Positions 16,139 through 27,188 of a stretch of DNA of 64,000 nt are shown here, in pieces. Positions within the stretch are counted from its first letter, which is position 1; every line of letters begins with the position of its first letter. Under the pieces are notes generated by a model that made no database searches, was not told the origin of the DNA, and saw nothing but the letters and a program-made list of their open reading frames with translations. Source of the DNA: a virus. The DNA is taken from positions 82,742-146,741 of the IMG/VR virus record IMGVR_UViG_3300047994_000087; one strand, 5' to 3'. The position numbers and the translations under genes were made by a program.

Positions 16139-17482
16139 TTACCAGACTCCTGTGTAGTGCGCTATGACGGTAGCCGACACGCTGACTAGCACGACGTACA
16201 AAACTACAACAGCATCTAATACTACCTTCATGTTACTGAGGGTTTCTGTGTAGCTCTCAAGTAACTCATTAATCTGCGAAAGAGGTTCATCAAACACTGA
16301 AGCAATCTGATCCTGCGGCACTATGGTTGCCCTACTGGTCACCTTATCTAGCAAGTCACTAAGCAGGCCATGTGCAGCGTCTTTGTACTCTAACTTTTCC
16401 AAGCTCCTAATGTCGACTGGCTCATTTTGCTTATCTTCAATGGAATTGTCTTTAGCAACACGCTCTGTGTATGTTTGAACTGTTGCCTCATGTTGTGCGG
16501 CAAGTTCTTCAAGCTCTTTAACAGCTGCATCAGCCTTCGAACCAGTCCACTTAATACGAGTAATTCCTTCCTCTGCATCGTGTGTTGTCGTGAACACTTC
16601 CTCAGCAGCCACTTCCTGCACACTCGCACGTTTCTTGTATTTCTTCTTTATCTTAGCTGGCTTCACGTCTTTGAATGAATCAATAACCCACGTACCTTGA
16701 GCCTTAGTAGACTTAGGGTCCTTGTGCGCGTCAATCTTACCTGCCGCAATCAGGGTACGAAGTGTGGTGTCTGACATGTTCATGTAATCAGCCGCATTTT
16801 TTAATGACATCATGAGAGATGTGTCTTTCTGCTTCTTCACAGATACTCCTTGGGCTTTCTTACCCTTATGTGTTTTCTTAATTGGCTCATAACTACTGAA
16901 CACCTTCTTAACGACAGAAGGATCTGAAACGTCTATACTCCATCTATCAAACTCAAGACCGTTTTCATCGTTCGCCTTTTCCCAGCGAACAGGGAGCAGT
17001 CCTCTGCGACAGCAATCAGTTATCTTGTCCTTTGAAAATCCGAAATTCGTGCACACATGATGTGCTGTGTGCCAGTATCGCCCATCCTGGGAGGGGTCGA
17101 ACACCACAATGTTTCTACCGTGTTTATACACAGTCTCACGTGCGCTAACTGGAATCGCTCTGTATGATCCTGTGTTCGGTTCAATTGTACTCTGCATCAC
17201 TTCCTGTTCCTTTACCACTGGGGGCACAAGTCTAAGTTCTGGCTGTTTACTGACTGGCAACGTCTCAATTACATCCCACTCTGAGTTGGGAGCTACTAGG
17301 TGTGCTCGTCTCAATACAGAATAAACATAGTTTGTGTTGACACCTTGTTTCTTTGCAATGTCGACTACGTGTTTTCCATTTTCAAAATCTTCAACAATGC
17401 ATTCTTCTGTCCAGTCGATGTCATCACGAGTGTGATTCCATGCAGCAAACTGTTTATCCAACTTCTTCATTTGCCTACCCAC
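16139..17482 (-). CDS. Multi-HTH DNA-binding protein with a C-terminal transmembrane anchor
   Basis: N-terminal HTH (DIAKKQGVNTNYVYSVLRR), excisionase-like HTH (SLKNAADYMNMSDTTLRTLIAAGKI), hydrophobic C-terminus. Confidence 0.6.
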   Translation of the reverse strand: MGRQMKKLDKQFAAWNHTRDDIDWTEECIVEDFENGKHVVDIAKKQGVNTNYVYSVLRRAHLVAPNSEWDVIETLPVSKQPELRLVPPVVKEQEVMQSTIEPNTGSYRAIPVSARETVYKHGRNIVVFDPSQDGRYWHTAHHVCTNFGFSKDKITDCCRRGLLPVRWEKANDENGLEFDRWSIDVSDPSVVKKVFSSYEPIKKTHKGKKAQGVSVKKQKDTSLMMSLKNAADYMNMSDTTLRTLIAAGKIDAHKDPKSTKAQGTWVIDSFKDVKPAKIKKKYKKRASVQEVAAEEVFTTTHDAEEGITRIKWTGSKADAAVKELEELAAQHEATVQTYTERVAKDNSIEDKQNEPVDIRSLEKLEYKDAAHGLLSDLLDKVTSRATIVPQDQIASVFDEPLSQINELLESYTETLSNMKVVLDAVVVLYVVLVSVSATVIAHYTGVW

Positions 17483-17484
17483 AA

Positions 17485-19305
17485 CTACACCGCCTTCGGA
17501 TAAAGAACATCAAGAGCTGCCTCAGATGCCTTATAACGCTCTATAAATTCAATCAGCTGTCTGTTGCTGTCTACTGTTTCGGAAGCACGCGACTGAACAG
17601 CTTCTCTCTGGTGTCTGACCTTACGTGCCATGACTATGTCGTCTCCAGACGCAACTTCAGCACATACAAGGTAACTAACAGCTTCATTCAAGAAGCTGGC
17701 AGCTCGTTCTAAAAAATAGGTTGCCTGAATAAGATCGTCTTCAACTACTTTATGCATCACTTGATCTCCTTGTAATCCCACCGAAAAATACTATCAAGCA
17801 CGTATTCTCTGAGAACTTCTTCAATATAATCATCACGCTCCTGAGCATTCAGATCTTCTAATTCACTGTCTTCTATTTCAACAGTCTGTCGCTGAGTGCA
17901 ACCAACAAGGCCATTACTCACTGACACTTCAAACTTTGCCATGGTTTACCTCTTCCCTATAAAGGCCTTCTTACTCTGAGCACAGGACGGCAAACGCCTT
18001 GGAAGTTGCAACTCCACTCCGCAATTTGTGCAATTCCCAAATAGATCGTCTGTCGCAAGGTGGGCAGCTATCCATGGGTGATTAGAGCAAGGCTCAGCAC
18101 ACAACGGACACATGAACCAATTACGCTCCAGGTCGTCCAGAGCTAAGTAAGTCTTTTCTTTCTTCATACCAATTCCTACCGTCTCAGGTCATTCAGTTCC
18201 TGCTGCGCCTCATAGAGCTTGTAGTCCAATGAGCGGAACACTTCAGCTACATCCTCTCTGGCTCTGTCTAAATCGACTTCCTCAAACTTTCCAGGGTTGA
18301 ACGTGTGCGCCTTGGCCTTCTTTATCAGATGGTCTAACAGCTGCAAAAACTCAGCTTCAGTAAGACTCATCTGGCTTACCCCGTTATAACATGTCACCTC
18401 GCAACAATCCTGATGTTATGTTGAGCTTGTCTTGTAATTCGCAAATATCTCCCCAACTTCCATAGTCTGGCTCCAGGCCATTAGCGTTTAGTTTGCGTAT
18501 GTGCTTAGAAAGCTGTCGACGGAATAGCATATTCAAATTTATCCAATGTTGTTCTCGCTCACGCAATTCTTTTAAATTGGCACGGTCAAGTCGAATTTTT
18601 GCTATGCGATGTCTGTAATGAATTTCAAACTGAGGATCAGTCGCCATCTTCTCCTCTGCCTGTTCTCGCAGTAACTCCCAGTTAGGCTCTGGTTGCCCAG
18701 CATAATAAATCTCATCAATCACGCAGCCTACTTCAAAGTCATGAAACAAAGTCTCACAATCTTGCTCTAGCTGTTCGACATAATCTCTTACAGCCTTTTC
18801 AGCTGTGATAAGAGCACGTGCTGATTCTCCACACTCACTTTTCACATACCATGCATAGGCATCTCTGTAGTCTATAAGTAGTTGGTTAAAGGTTTTCTCT
18901 TCAGTCATTTACCCTCTCCTCAAGCTTTCTTAAAGGCCGACCGCCTCATTTGCCATTCCAGTCGCTGATGTTGTTGGTCCGCAATACTTACGGAGTTCCG
19001 GTCAAATGGGGTTCTCATATCTTCTTCCACCTAGCTAAGTGGTCGTACTCACCATCAGGATCAGTGGGCACGCCATTGTTTCCCCAGCCAAACACAGTTT
19101 CAAACGGAATCTTACTTACGGCAAACTGCCACAGTCCTTGTCCCCATTCACCAATAGCTCTACACTTTCTGACATCCGCACCCCAAGTGACAACAGACAC
19201 AAGTCCGTCTTTGTGGACAGACAAGAGAACTATTCCAGTACAATTACGTTCCTTTGCTAGCTTCTCTATTGTCTTGATGCCAACGGGGGCACGAGATTTA
19301 GTCAT
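17485..19305 (-). other. Cluster of small hypothetical CDS (17485-17781, 17757-17942, 17946-18167, 18176-18397, 18384-18908, 19015-19305)
   Basis: Tightly packed co-oriented ORFs with SD motifs. Confidence 0.65.
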
Positions 19306-19307
19306 TG

Positions 19308-19709
19308 TTATACCGCCAGCAGCTCAAGTTCAGAGATCTGCTTACGAATCTCATCCAGCGATTGGCTGGTGATGTTCTCATTTTCTTTGGCCGCTGCGAT
19401 CTCTTTCAAGTGAGCTAGCTTAGCAGCATTGGCTGCTCTGGTCTTGTTAGCCTCATTCTGTGCAACCTTGTGTTAAATCACGTGCTTCAGAATGTCCAGA
19501 CGTAAATCATTATTAGTTGCAGTCTTTCTTTTAACTGAAGTAGGTATGAACGATTCCACTTCTTCCTCGCGTAGTTGTGCATTGACCTTACGAGCAATAG
19601 CATCAAGCGCGTTGAGGTTAAGCTCATATAGATCTTCAGTGGCCAGTCTTCCTTGTGGTGCGTCGAAACGCAGTTTTAGCTTCGCAGCCTGTTCAAACAT
19701 ATTAGTCAT
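19308..19709 (-). pseudogene. Conserved phage coiled-coil protein interrupted by an in-frame TAA
   Basis: MFEQAAKLKLRF..G.L.TEDL.EL family; frame stays open 54 codons past the TAA at 19473-19475 with a typical SLDEIRKQISEL ending. Confidence 0.7.
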
Positions 19710-19741
19710 GTGTAATTTTAACTCCTTATTACTGTTGTTAG

Positions 19742-21247
19742 TTAGGTTTCCAAAAGTGGGTAGTATTCCTCTCCACGTAATCCAAACATCGAAGCAATGG
19801 CATTGTAACCAGTACGTTCCTGTGGTTTACCGAACAGTTCCCCTGTTACCGGATCGATAGGCCTTAAATCGTTAGCTACTTCCATCCAATACTCCTTAAA
19901 ATGCCCATCTGGTTCTGGTGTTGAATTGATTGCTCTCACCATAGTCATAGTGAGTTCAGTACCTTTAATTTCTTTATCCCACAACTCAAGCACGGGATTT
20001 TTAAAGCGCTCTTTCCCTGGAAGAACCCCCGGAAGCTTGTCTTCCCTATGTACTAGAACTGCATTACCTTCTCGGATGTAACGCTCCGCTGTAAATCGTT
20101 CCAACATAGCTCTCTTAATCTCTTGATTGACCTCTGTGTCAATTTTATCCACTGTGATTTGTTCTGGGTTAGTGATAATCCAAGAGTTGTACTCGTCAAA
20201 GAGGACACCGTGCCAAGAATAAACACCATAAGTATCAGCGTATTCCAAGGCGGGAAGTGCTTCATGATGAAGTCTCCCACCATGGGTGTCTACCCTAACA
20301 GCAGTCGGAAAATCCGATACAATACAAATATTCTCGTAAGGCCAGAACATATGGACTTCTTGTCCAAGCTCGTCCCAAAGTTCTAAATCAGCTTTATCTT
20401 GAGCTTTGTATTCGACCCCAAGAACATCTCCAGCAAATTTATAATAAGCAATCCAGTTTACCCACCAATTCATAAACCATCGACCGCCCAAAATCTTTTT
20501 GGCCAATTCTGGAAGGCTGCTCCTAAGGCTGCTCTCAAGGCTGCTCCCAAGGCTGCTCCCAAGGCTGCTCCTAAGGCTGCTCTCAAGACTGCTCCTAAGG
20601 CTGCTCTCAAGACTGCTCCTAAGGCTGCTCCCAAGGCTGCTCTCAAGGCTGCTCCTAAGGCTGCTCTCAAGGCTGCTCCTAAGGCTGCTCTCAAGGCTGC
20701 TCCTAAGGCTGCTCCAAAGGCTGCTCTCAAGGCTGCTCCAAAGGCTGCTCCCAAGGCTGCTCCAAAGGCTGCTCCAAAGGCTGCTCCCAAGGCTGCTCTC
20801 AAGACTGCTCTCAAGACTGCTCCTAAGGCTGCTCCAAAGGCTGCTCCTAAGGCTGCTCCCAAGGCTGCTCTCAAGGCTGCTCCAAAGGCTGCTCTCAAGG
20901 CTGCTCCAAAGGCTGCTCCCAAGGCTGCTCCCAAGGCTGCTCCAAAGGCTGCTCCCAAGGCTGCTCCCAAGGCTGCTCTCAAGACTGCTCCTAAGGCTCA
21001 TTTCATTTTTAAGTAATTCAGTGGCCTTCGGCCACAATGCTCCAATCATACAGGCCTGAAAAGGTGATTGAGCATGAATAATCAAAGGCTTTTCTTTCCC
21101 TAATCTTGCGTACAACCTAGTGATCAATTCCTCAACACGTACTTGATCCATGGGCTCTGTTCGATACCCAATCTGTAAATATTTTTCAAACCAAACTGGC
21201 ACCTGAGCTTCTTGCTCTGTCGTCATTTTCTCAATAAGGGTTTTCAT
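19742..21247 (-). CDS. DUF6745-like protein with 40 SL[EGRW]S repeats
   Basis: SPFQA..repeat..WPYENICIVSDFP..RLHHE..PALEY.D.YGVYSWHGV..N.EIKR...NSTPEPDG.FKEY. Confidence 0.8.
   Translation of the reverse strand: MKTLIEKMTTEQEAQVPVWFEKYLQIGYRTEPMDQVRVEELITRLYARLGKEKPLIIHAQSPFQACMIGALWPKATELLKNEMSLRSSLESSLGSSLGSSLWSSLGSSLGSSLWSSLESSLWSSLESSLGSSLRSSLWSSLRSSLESSLESSLGSSLWSSLWSSLGSSLWSSLESSLWSSLRSSLESSLRSSLESSLRSSLESSLGSSLRSSLESSLRSSLESSLRSSLGSSLGSSLESSLRSSLPELAKKILGGRWFMNWWVNWIAYYKFAGDVLGVEYKAQDKADLELWDELGQEVHMFWPYENICIVSDFPTAVRVDTHGGRLHHEALPALEYADTYGVYSWHGVLFDEYNSWIITNPEQITVDKIDTEVNQEIKRAMLERFTAERYIREGNAVLVHREDKLPGVLPGKERFKNPVLELWDKEIKGTELTMTMVRAINSTPEPDGHFKEYWMEVANDLRPIDPVTGELFGKPQERTGYNAIASMFGLRGEEYYPLLET
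20513..20998. repeat. 12-bp tandem repeat, ~40 units (AG[CT]CTT-NNG-AGC on the minus strand)
   Basis: Directly visible; variable codon is GAG/GGG/AGG/TGG. Confidence 0.97.
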
Positions 21248-21248
21248 C

Positions 21249-21605
21249 TTAGTCTTGTACCTGTCTGCTCATCTGACTCAGAACACTAAACTCACGAGGC
21301 ATAATCACCTCATATGTGCCGACTGGAAGTGTCACTTTGTCATGCTCTTCATGCGTCAAAACAGCTTCCATTCCAAAACAAACTTCAAGGAATCTCCGTT
21401 GGTCTTCACTTACATACAATTCCGCTTCCTTTGGAGAAATAGCATGGGCATGTCCTGTAACCTCTCCATACGCAAGAATCACACGACCTTTATCATTTTC
21501 TACTTTCTTTACTGATACTGGTTTTGAATCAACTTTTCTTAGGAGAACATCTCCTTGACGGTACATAACCTGTTTGGTGCTATCAATTTCTCTTTCTACT
21601 GCCAT
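21249..21605 (-). CDS. YRQGDV/GH.H small protein, usual partner of DUF6745 genes
   Basis: YRQGDVLL, LAYGEVTGHAH, HEEH..LP.G.Y. Confidence 0.8.
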   Translation of the reverse strand: MAVEREIDSTKQVMYRQGDVLLRKVDSKPVSVKKVENDKGRVILAYGEVTGHAHAISPKEAELYVSEDQRRFLEVCFGMEAVLTHEEHDKVTLPVGTYEVIMPREFSVLSQMSRQVQD

Positions 21606-21622
21606 TTGTATAATTCTCCCAA

Positions 21623-23575
21623 TTAGATTTTAACTCTGAGTGTTCTGGTGAACTTACCTTCTACCTTAACTACCATACTGGCTCTCTGTGTCTCAGAGAA
21701 TCCCAATCCAGACAACTGGTTAGGGTTATCTTCGATCTTCAGCTTGCCTCCAACAATCTCGAACACCTTACGGTGCTGGTCGAACTCCTGTTTCAGGAAC
21801 TCATTAAAGAACGGACGCACAAACTCATCAGACAGGCACTTCTCCAGCATGAACATGTAGTGCTTGTTTCCTACCGGCTTGTCCCAGTGATTAGGCGATA
21901 GAAGTATCTTAGTCACTTTATGGAACTGGTTGGTCTTTACCCCCCATTTCTCACGAGATACTACGTTCGACTTACTCTCTCCTGCGAACTTAAGTCCGTC
22001 TGTTTTCGAATACTCAAACTTGGCGATTTCAAATGTGCCACCGTTGTGTGGATTTGTCTTAGAATCGAAGTCGAAGGTCTCACCATTGCACTCAATCTGC
22101 ACAACAAATCCTTGATAGGTTGTCTCACGCTTGTTGTAGTTGTTTACTAGGACAGTATAAGTCCCTTCCTTCATGCGACTCTTATTTGTCCAGATTATGT
22201 TTTCTACTGGAGTCCTCGAACGTCCGTATCCAGCATTCATATCCACGTCTAAGGTACCGGAAGTAGGGCTGACTTTGCTCATGTAGCTAATCACGTTACC
22301 ACCTGGTTCTTTGACGTGTATATCCAAGTCATCAAAGTTGTGCCATGACAGAGAAGTACGCAGCTCTCCTACAACGTTACCACCAGCCTCTTTCACCCGC
22401 TCTTTGATGGAGTCCGTGACTGCGCCGGTATAACTCCAGGAGAAGCTATTGTCCCACTTGAACATGGAAGGAGCTTCTGGATTCTGCGCTGCCACCAATG
22501 ATACGAAGTTGTTCTGATGAGAGTTCTCCAGCAGTATTGACACGCTTTTAGCGTGAGGCACTACGTTGGCCAGGAAGTCTTCAATGCCAATCTCTTCGAT
22601 CTTCGAAAACGATTTAGGGTTGACGATAGTGTCTTTGGCCACCTGGTCGAACACATCGGTTAACACTTGTGGGCGGTCCTGGAATAGCACGTCACACGCT
22701 CTGATGTCAGTCTCAATAGCGTATCTGCGCTCCAGAGATTCCAACAATCCAAGTGCCTTGATCTTCTCTTTAGCCTCTTCAGCCATGCGCGGAGTAACCA
22801 AAGATGTAGGTCTCTTGTAGTTGGTAGGCGCCACAACTCTTTCGAACTTAGTCACAGCGGTATCTAGATCAACTCCAGCACTAAGATCAATCAATAAGGT
22901 TCCTATTGCGGTGTTTCTGATACGAGACACCACAGTGCCAGCTTCCTGAGAAGTGGCCCAGCTGTATGCTTCTTGAGTCAGTAGATGCTCGAACGTAACC
23001 GGTTCAGGAGCTAGTCTCTTGTACTGACGTTGGAGCAGAACGAACTTATTGAGGATCGGTTCGAACTCTTTGCCCCTATAGAGTGAGTTCTGACTGATAA
23101 GCTCCAACACTGTCTCAGTAGCGTCCAAGGTCAGCTCATCTAAGCTTCTCTGGAGAACATTCTTATCGTCACGTGCTTGTCCAAGCTTTGTGGGTAGATC
23201 TTTGTTGTCGACTACGAACTTGTTAGGCACCTTGAGATACAAGTGACTCCAGAATACAGAACGTTTCTCATCAAAGTTTTTGTCTGTTCCTGCCTTGTCA
23301 AACACTGAGTAGAACAAGTCTGTAACTGGTCTGCTATGAATGTACGCACTAAGTGCATCGCTTACAGCTTTAAACATCTCAGGAACGTCCAGGTCGTCCC
23401 AAAGGGAGATCACTTTGTTTTCCTTGATGGTCACAATCCCTGAGTACTGACGCAAGAAGCTCTTACAGCAGTTACATGTATGCTCCTGCCGGTATGCTTC
23501 AGGGAACGCATTGATGTAAACGTCCCACACTTCATCCCCGTCAACCGCGACATAGAATAGTCTGTCTTTAGACAT
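21623..23575 (-). CDS. Large conserved phage hypothetical protein with a YfaP-like DLD.H/LDVD domain
   Basis: H.C.CCK.F, RIRNTAIGTLL.D, APTNYKRP, W.N.DDLDIH, LDVDMNAG..PVENI.W; true start probably ~23 codons upstream. Confidence 0.75.
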   Translation of the reverse strand: MSKDRLFYVAVDGDEVWDVYINAFPEAYRQEHTCNCCKSFLRQYSGIVTIKENKVISLWDDLDVPEMFKAVSDALSAYIHSRPVTDLFYSVFDKAGTDKNFDEKRSVFWSHLYLKVPNKFVVDNKDLPTKLGQARDDKNVLQRSLDELTLDATETVLELISQNSLYRGKEFEPILNKFVLLQRQYKRLAPEPVTFEHLLTQEAYSWATSQEAGTVVSRIRNTAIGTLLIDLSAGVDLDTAVTKFERVVAPTNYKRPTSLVTPRMAEEAKEKIKALGLLESLERRYAIETDIRACDVLFQDRPQVLTDVFDQVAKDTIVNPKSFSKIEEIGIEDFLANVVPHAKSVSILLENSHQNNFVSLVAAQNPEAPSMFKWDNSFSWSYTGAVTDSIKERVKEAGGNVVGELRTSLSWHNFDDLDIHVKEPGGNVISYMSKVSPTSGTLDVDMNAGYGRSRTPVENIIWTNKSRMKEGTYTVLVNNYNKRETTYQGFVVQIECNGETFDFDSKTNPHNGGTFEIAKFEYSKTDGLKFAGESKSNVVSREKWGVKTNQFHKVTKILLSPNHWDKPVGNKHYMFMLEKCLSDEFVRPFFNEFLKQEFDQHRKVFEIVGGKLKIEDNPNQLSGLGFSETQRASMVVKVEGKFTRTLRVKI

Positions 23576-23664
23576 TGATGCAAATCTATCTGTAATGGCC
23601 TTCCTGATCTCTATGAAGGAAGGGGCTGCTATTTGTTGAGTAATTGATAATTTTTCCTTGTGTT

Positions 23665-24075
23665 CTAAACTAATTCAGTCAGTGGTCTGTGTGACAGACA
23701 ACGCCCTTCATTCTCAGAAACAGCTACTGCACGGTCGTCGAAAAGTAAATACATATGCTGATCTTTGCAATTGGTCACCTCCAAGGGCACACCGATATGC
23801 TTAATACACCAATTCTTTATGGCCAAGCGCTGCTTCTGGCTTTCAAAATAAGGAGTCTTATCGTAAGGGGCATAGACATCATCAATTAGACGGTCATCAA
23901 CACGCGCAGTGAAGATCTTTACTGTCTGCCCTTCCTCAACCCACTTCTTAACTCGTTCAAGCATGGCAGGAATAGGCTCTCCCAACTCAGGAAACATGCC
24001 CTTCTCGTAGTAGGATAGTGTGCCATCGAAGTCTACTGCAATGTAACCAGTTGGTCCTTGATCAAAACAACCCAT
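23665..24075 (-). CDS. HAD-family phosphatase (polynucleotide 3'-phosphatase-like)
   Basis: IAVDFDGTL, IFTAR, K...LFDDRAV. Confidence 0.8.
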   Translation of the reverse strand: MGCFDQGPTGYIAVDFDGTLSYYEKGMFPELGEPIPAMLERVKKWVEEGQTVKIFTARVDDRLIDDVYAPYDKTPYFESQKQRLAIKNWCIKHIGVPLEVTNCKDQHMYLLFDDRAVAVSENEGRCLSHRPLTELV

Positions 24076-26338
24076 TAAGTGTGCACTCCAATGATTTTTT
24101 GCAAGGCTTCAATCACTTTCGGAACGTCAGCACGTGGAACCAATGTGTGGTGAATTGCAATAAACGAGCCATTAGGCCTCTTCTCCAGGGCTTGGAAGGC
24201 TATGTTGCCGCTCTCCAATTCCTTGATGGCATAGCCTCCATACTGCTCTTGGGTCTTGCCACGGACTGCCTCTGTTCCGCGCTTAATAGCGAGGTCCAAC
24301 GGACTTGGTGGCTTCTCTTTCTGATTACTCATTATTTTCTCCTCTGATCTTCCAATACTATTCGGTGTCTCGTTATTTCTGAAATAAGCTCCAGCTCTAA
24401 CATGTCAATTACTCTGTCCACAACAGGGTTGAGGCCCGTGAACGTTTCCCTTAAAAACACCGGTCTATTGTGATTACATTCATAACCCAAACCGTCTGTT
24501 GATGAATCTAACAGACTAACCCCATTGTAATTACCAGCCATCAGATCGTTCAAAAGCCTCATTCTGTTGTTCAAGCAATAAACATCATGGTCGCTTGAGG
24601 GAAAGTGCTTCATCACCTGTTTAGCTTTAGCAATCTCCTTACGTGCTAATACACGCCTATCATCGTTCATTTGCTTACTGTGTCCTGTTCAGCTTCATAA
24701 GCCCGCCATGCAGCGGCCTCAGCTCTCATTACTCTAATTAACTGAATACGTTCCTTGAGTTGCTGTTGGCCAGTGAGTGCAATCACTTCCTCCGCCTTGT
24801 CTCTCAGTGCCTGAGTTGGCTCTACACCTGCCAGCAGCATACTAATAGTGGCAATCTGGAAGTCGATGTAGATGGTCTCAAGGTCTTTCTGCATCTCATC
24901 AATACCCTGCACAACGTCCTGGACCGTCACTCTGTCGACCGCATAGTCGTTTTCGACACTGACTAACTGCAACACCATCTTCTTCAGTTCGTTACTGTCC
25001 ATCGTCTTTCTTCTCCTCACGCGCTTTGTAATACAAGAACATACTCGACGGCATGAACTCCCAGTTGAGCTTCCTCCCCTGCATGTGTTGTAGACAAGCA
25101 GCCGTACCATTAGCTGTGCTGCTCCCTAACTGACCCTGGTCGTACACAGGACCGAACTGGTCTCTTAAGTCCACTGACTCTGGCAACTCGTGTTCCTGCG
25201 CCAACTTAACTAGCGCATCGACAGGGAATGTCTTCCTCCATCCGTACTTTCTATACTTACTCATTTCACTAGTTTCTCTATCCTTGCTATACGCCTATGC
25301 GCGGTATCTTTGAATGACTCCACATACGAAGCCATATCCTTAGCCACTTCCAGAACATTCTCAAGGATGTCCACGGGGTCTGGAGTTTTCTCGTTACTCA
25401 GACAATCAATAGCATCAGTGTGTATGGACTTAATTTCGTTCTCAATCAAGTCGATTGCATCAGTCAAATGATCCAGCTCATTTCGCACGTCATGCACGTC
25501 TACCATGTCGTAATCTTCATCACGGATTAGGTCTACTATGTCAGCTACCCTCTGTGTGAAGTCATCTTTTCCTCCAGCAAGTCTAATGTCTTCAACAAAC
25601 TCCGCCAGAACAATGGATGTCTTCATGTCATCGCACATTTCACGGGTTAGCTGCTTCCACTGACTAAAAGGATCGGGTCCTCCACTCAGAATAGCTTCCC
25701 ACTCGTCCTGGTTATATCTACGATGCTGCTCAACTAACTTCTCGTCCTTCAACCACACATAGGGCGGTTTGACTTTCTCTACAACAGAAAGTGTTTCGAC
25801 TACTGTCTGACTTATTTTCTTACGGCCCATTTCCCTAACCCCATCCAACCACTTTCTTTTGTCCACGAGATTCCACTGCCACATGTCTTACATGCATATT
25901 TCGAGTTGGCACTACGTGTTCTCCACTTCCCTAACTCGTGCCACGTGCAACTGAAATCCGCTGGGAATCTTTTACTGTCACGGACAAAGTCGGAATAATC
26001 CTGCCACTTTGGCCGCTGATAACGTCTCTTCCTACGTGCAGCGGAACTCATGCCACTTCTTCTCCGTATTCAAAGAACGAGTCTTTAGGCTCAACAGCTG
26101 GACCATTCAGTCCGCGCTGCTTCACCCATGCATCAATATGTCTCTGACTTCTCCAAGACATGGCAGGAAGTTCACAGTAGACGTACTGGCAAATCTCTAG
26201 TATATCGCTCAGGTTTTCACTGTCCGCCCTGCACACAGTCTCCATAAGGTCGTTTCTAAGCACGGCCTGTAGGAAGTCCCCTGGTAGAATGCCAAACTCC
26301 ACGTAGCGCCGCAGAGAGGCCTTGGTTGCGTCTTTCAC
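24075..26338 (-). other. Cluster of hypothetical CDS (24075-24332, 24332-24670, 24667-25002, 25261-25829, 25812-26051, 26048-26338)
   Basis: Packed co-oriented ORFs; starts of 24667 and 25261 re-placed at downstream ATGs. Confidence 0.55.
24992..25264 (-). pseudogene. Truncated papain-like (C1) peptidase fragment with catalytic Cys replaced by Ser
   Basis: YGW..LPESVDLR..PVYDQGQLGSSTAN..PS.MFLYY.AR; ends before the His/Asn half. Confidence 0.7.
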
Positions 26339-26701
26339 TTAATCTTCTCCTTCAAGCATTACAGTAATTACAGGCTCTTCAAGATCTCCAGGATGACATA
26401 GAGCATACACAGGAATAGTTGCTTGCCCATGTCCCAAGTGTAGAGCTTTGAACTCAACACGGTCACAGTCTCCAGCAGACCTAATAGCCTTAGCTAGTTC
26501 AGACATAAGATTCAATAACCTATTCTCCTGTCTATCTTCTGCGTCATTACCCTGACACTCAATCAGGCGAAGCCAAATCCCCTCTGAGATAGCAACTGGG
26601 TACTTTATTCCTGCCTGCTTAGATAGATCAGTGACATCAATAAGAAGTCCATCTTCTATTGCGTCAGCGCGTGAATAGCTGTAGATGACGTTGTAGTCCA
26701 T
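26339..26701 (-). CDS. DUF6573-like protein
   Basis: IYSYSRADAIEDG.LIDVT..AGIKYPVAI..PGD..EPVITVML.GED. Confidence 0.75.
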   Translation of the reverse strand: MDYNVIYSYSRADAIEDGLLIDVTDLSKQAGIKYPVAISEGIWLRLIECQGNDAEDRQENRLLNLMSELAKAIRSAGDCDRVEFKALHLGHGQATIPVYALCHPGDLEEPVITVMLEGED

Positions 26702-26717
26702 ATCCGCTCCGTTGGTC

Positions 26718-26767
26718 CCAATAAATCTATACTAGCGCTACCGCTATTATTCTGTCAAGTTTCAACC
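26718..26767 (-). promoter_or_regulatory. Repeated sigma70-like promoter, copy 1
   Basis: TTGACA-18 nt-TAGTAT; 49/50 identical to 33731-33780. Confidence 0.8.
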
Positions 26768-27188
26768 ATTTAAGAGCTGGATTGTTTAATTGCAGTGAAT
26801 CCTAGAACAGAAAGCTTCGTATTCATGAGTAGTTCTGTCTATGGCTTCTTTTATAGTGTCGTCTGGGTAGAAGTGAAGGTGGCAGCCATTGAAGCTCAGT
26901 AACACGTCTATGCCAAGCCGATCAGCAAGTGCTACAACTTCTAAGACTAGCTGGCCCAATGAAGTGCCGCCCTTTCCCTCGACAGTAACATATAAGTTAC
27001 TCACTCTTGTCGGCCTCCAGAATCTTTCGGTCTTCCTGAACGGTCACGGAGAAGAAGTAGTCACGAGCCGCCTTAAGGAAGGGGCAAATTTCTAAGTTGA
27101 TTTTGTCTTGCATTGATAAGCTCCTCAAAGGGGTTACTTATCTATCTTGAATTCTGCTGAACACTGATCGGAAAAACTCTAGACTTTG

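Noticed and set aside
20399-21059. KAAP, AALG and RLL repeat ORFs; possible CRISPR array
   Set aside because: These are alternative frames of the stop-free 12-bp repeat; there are no unique spacers and no cas genes.
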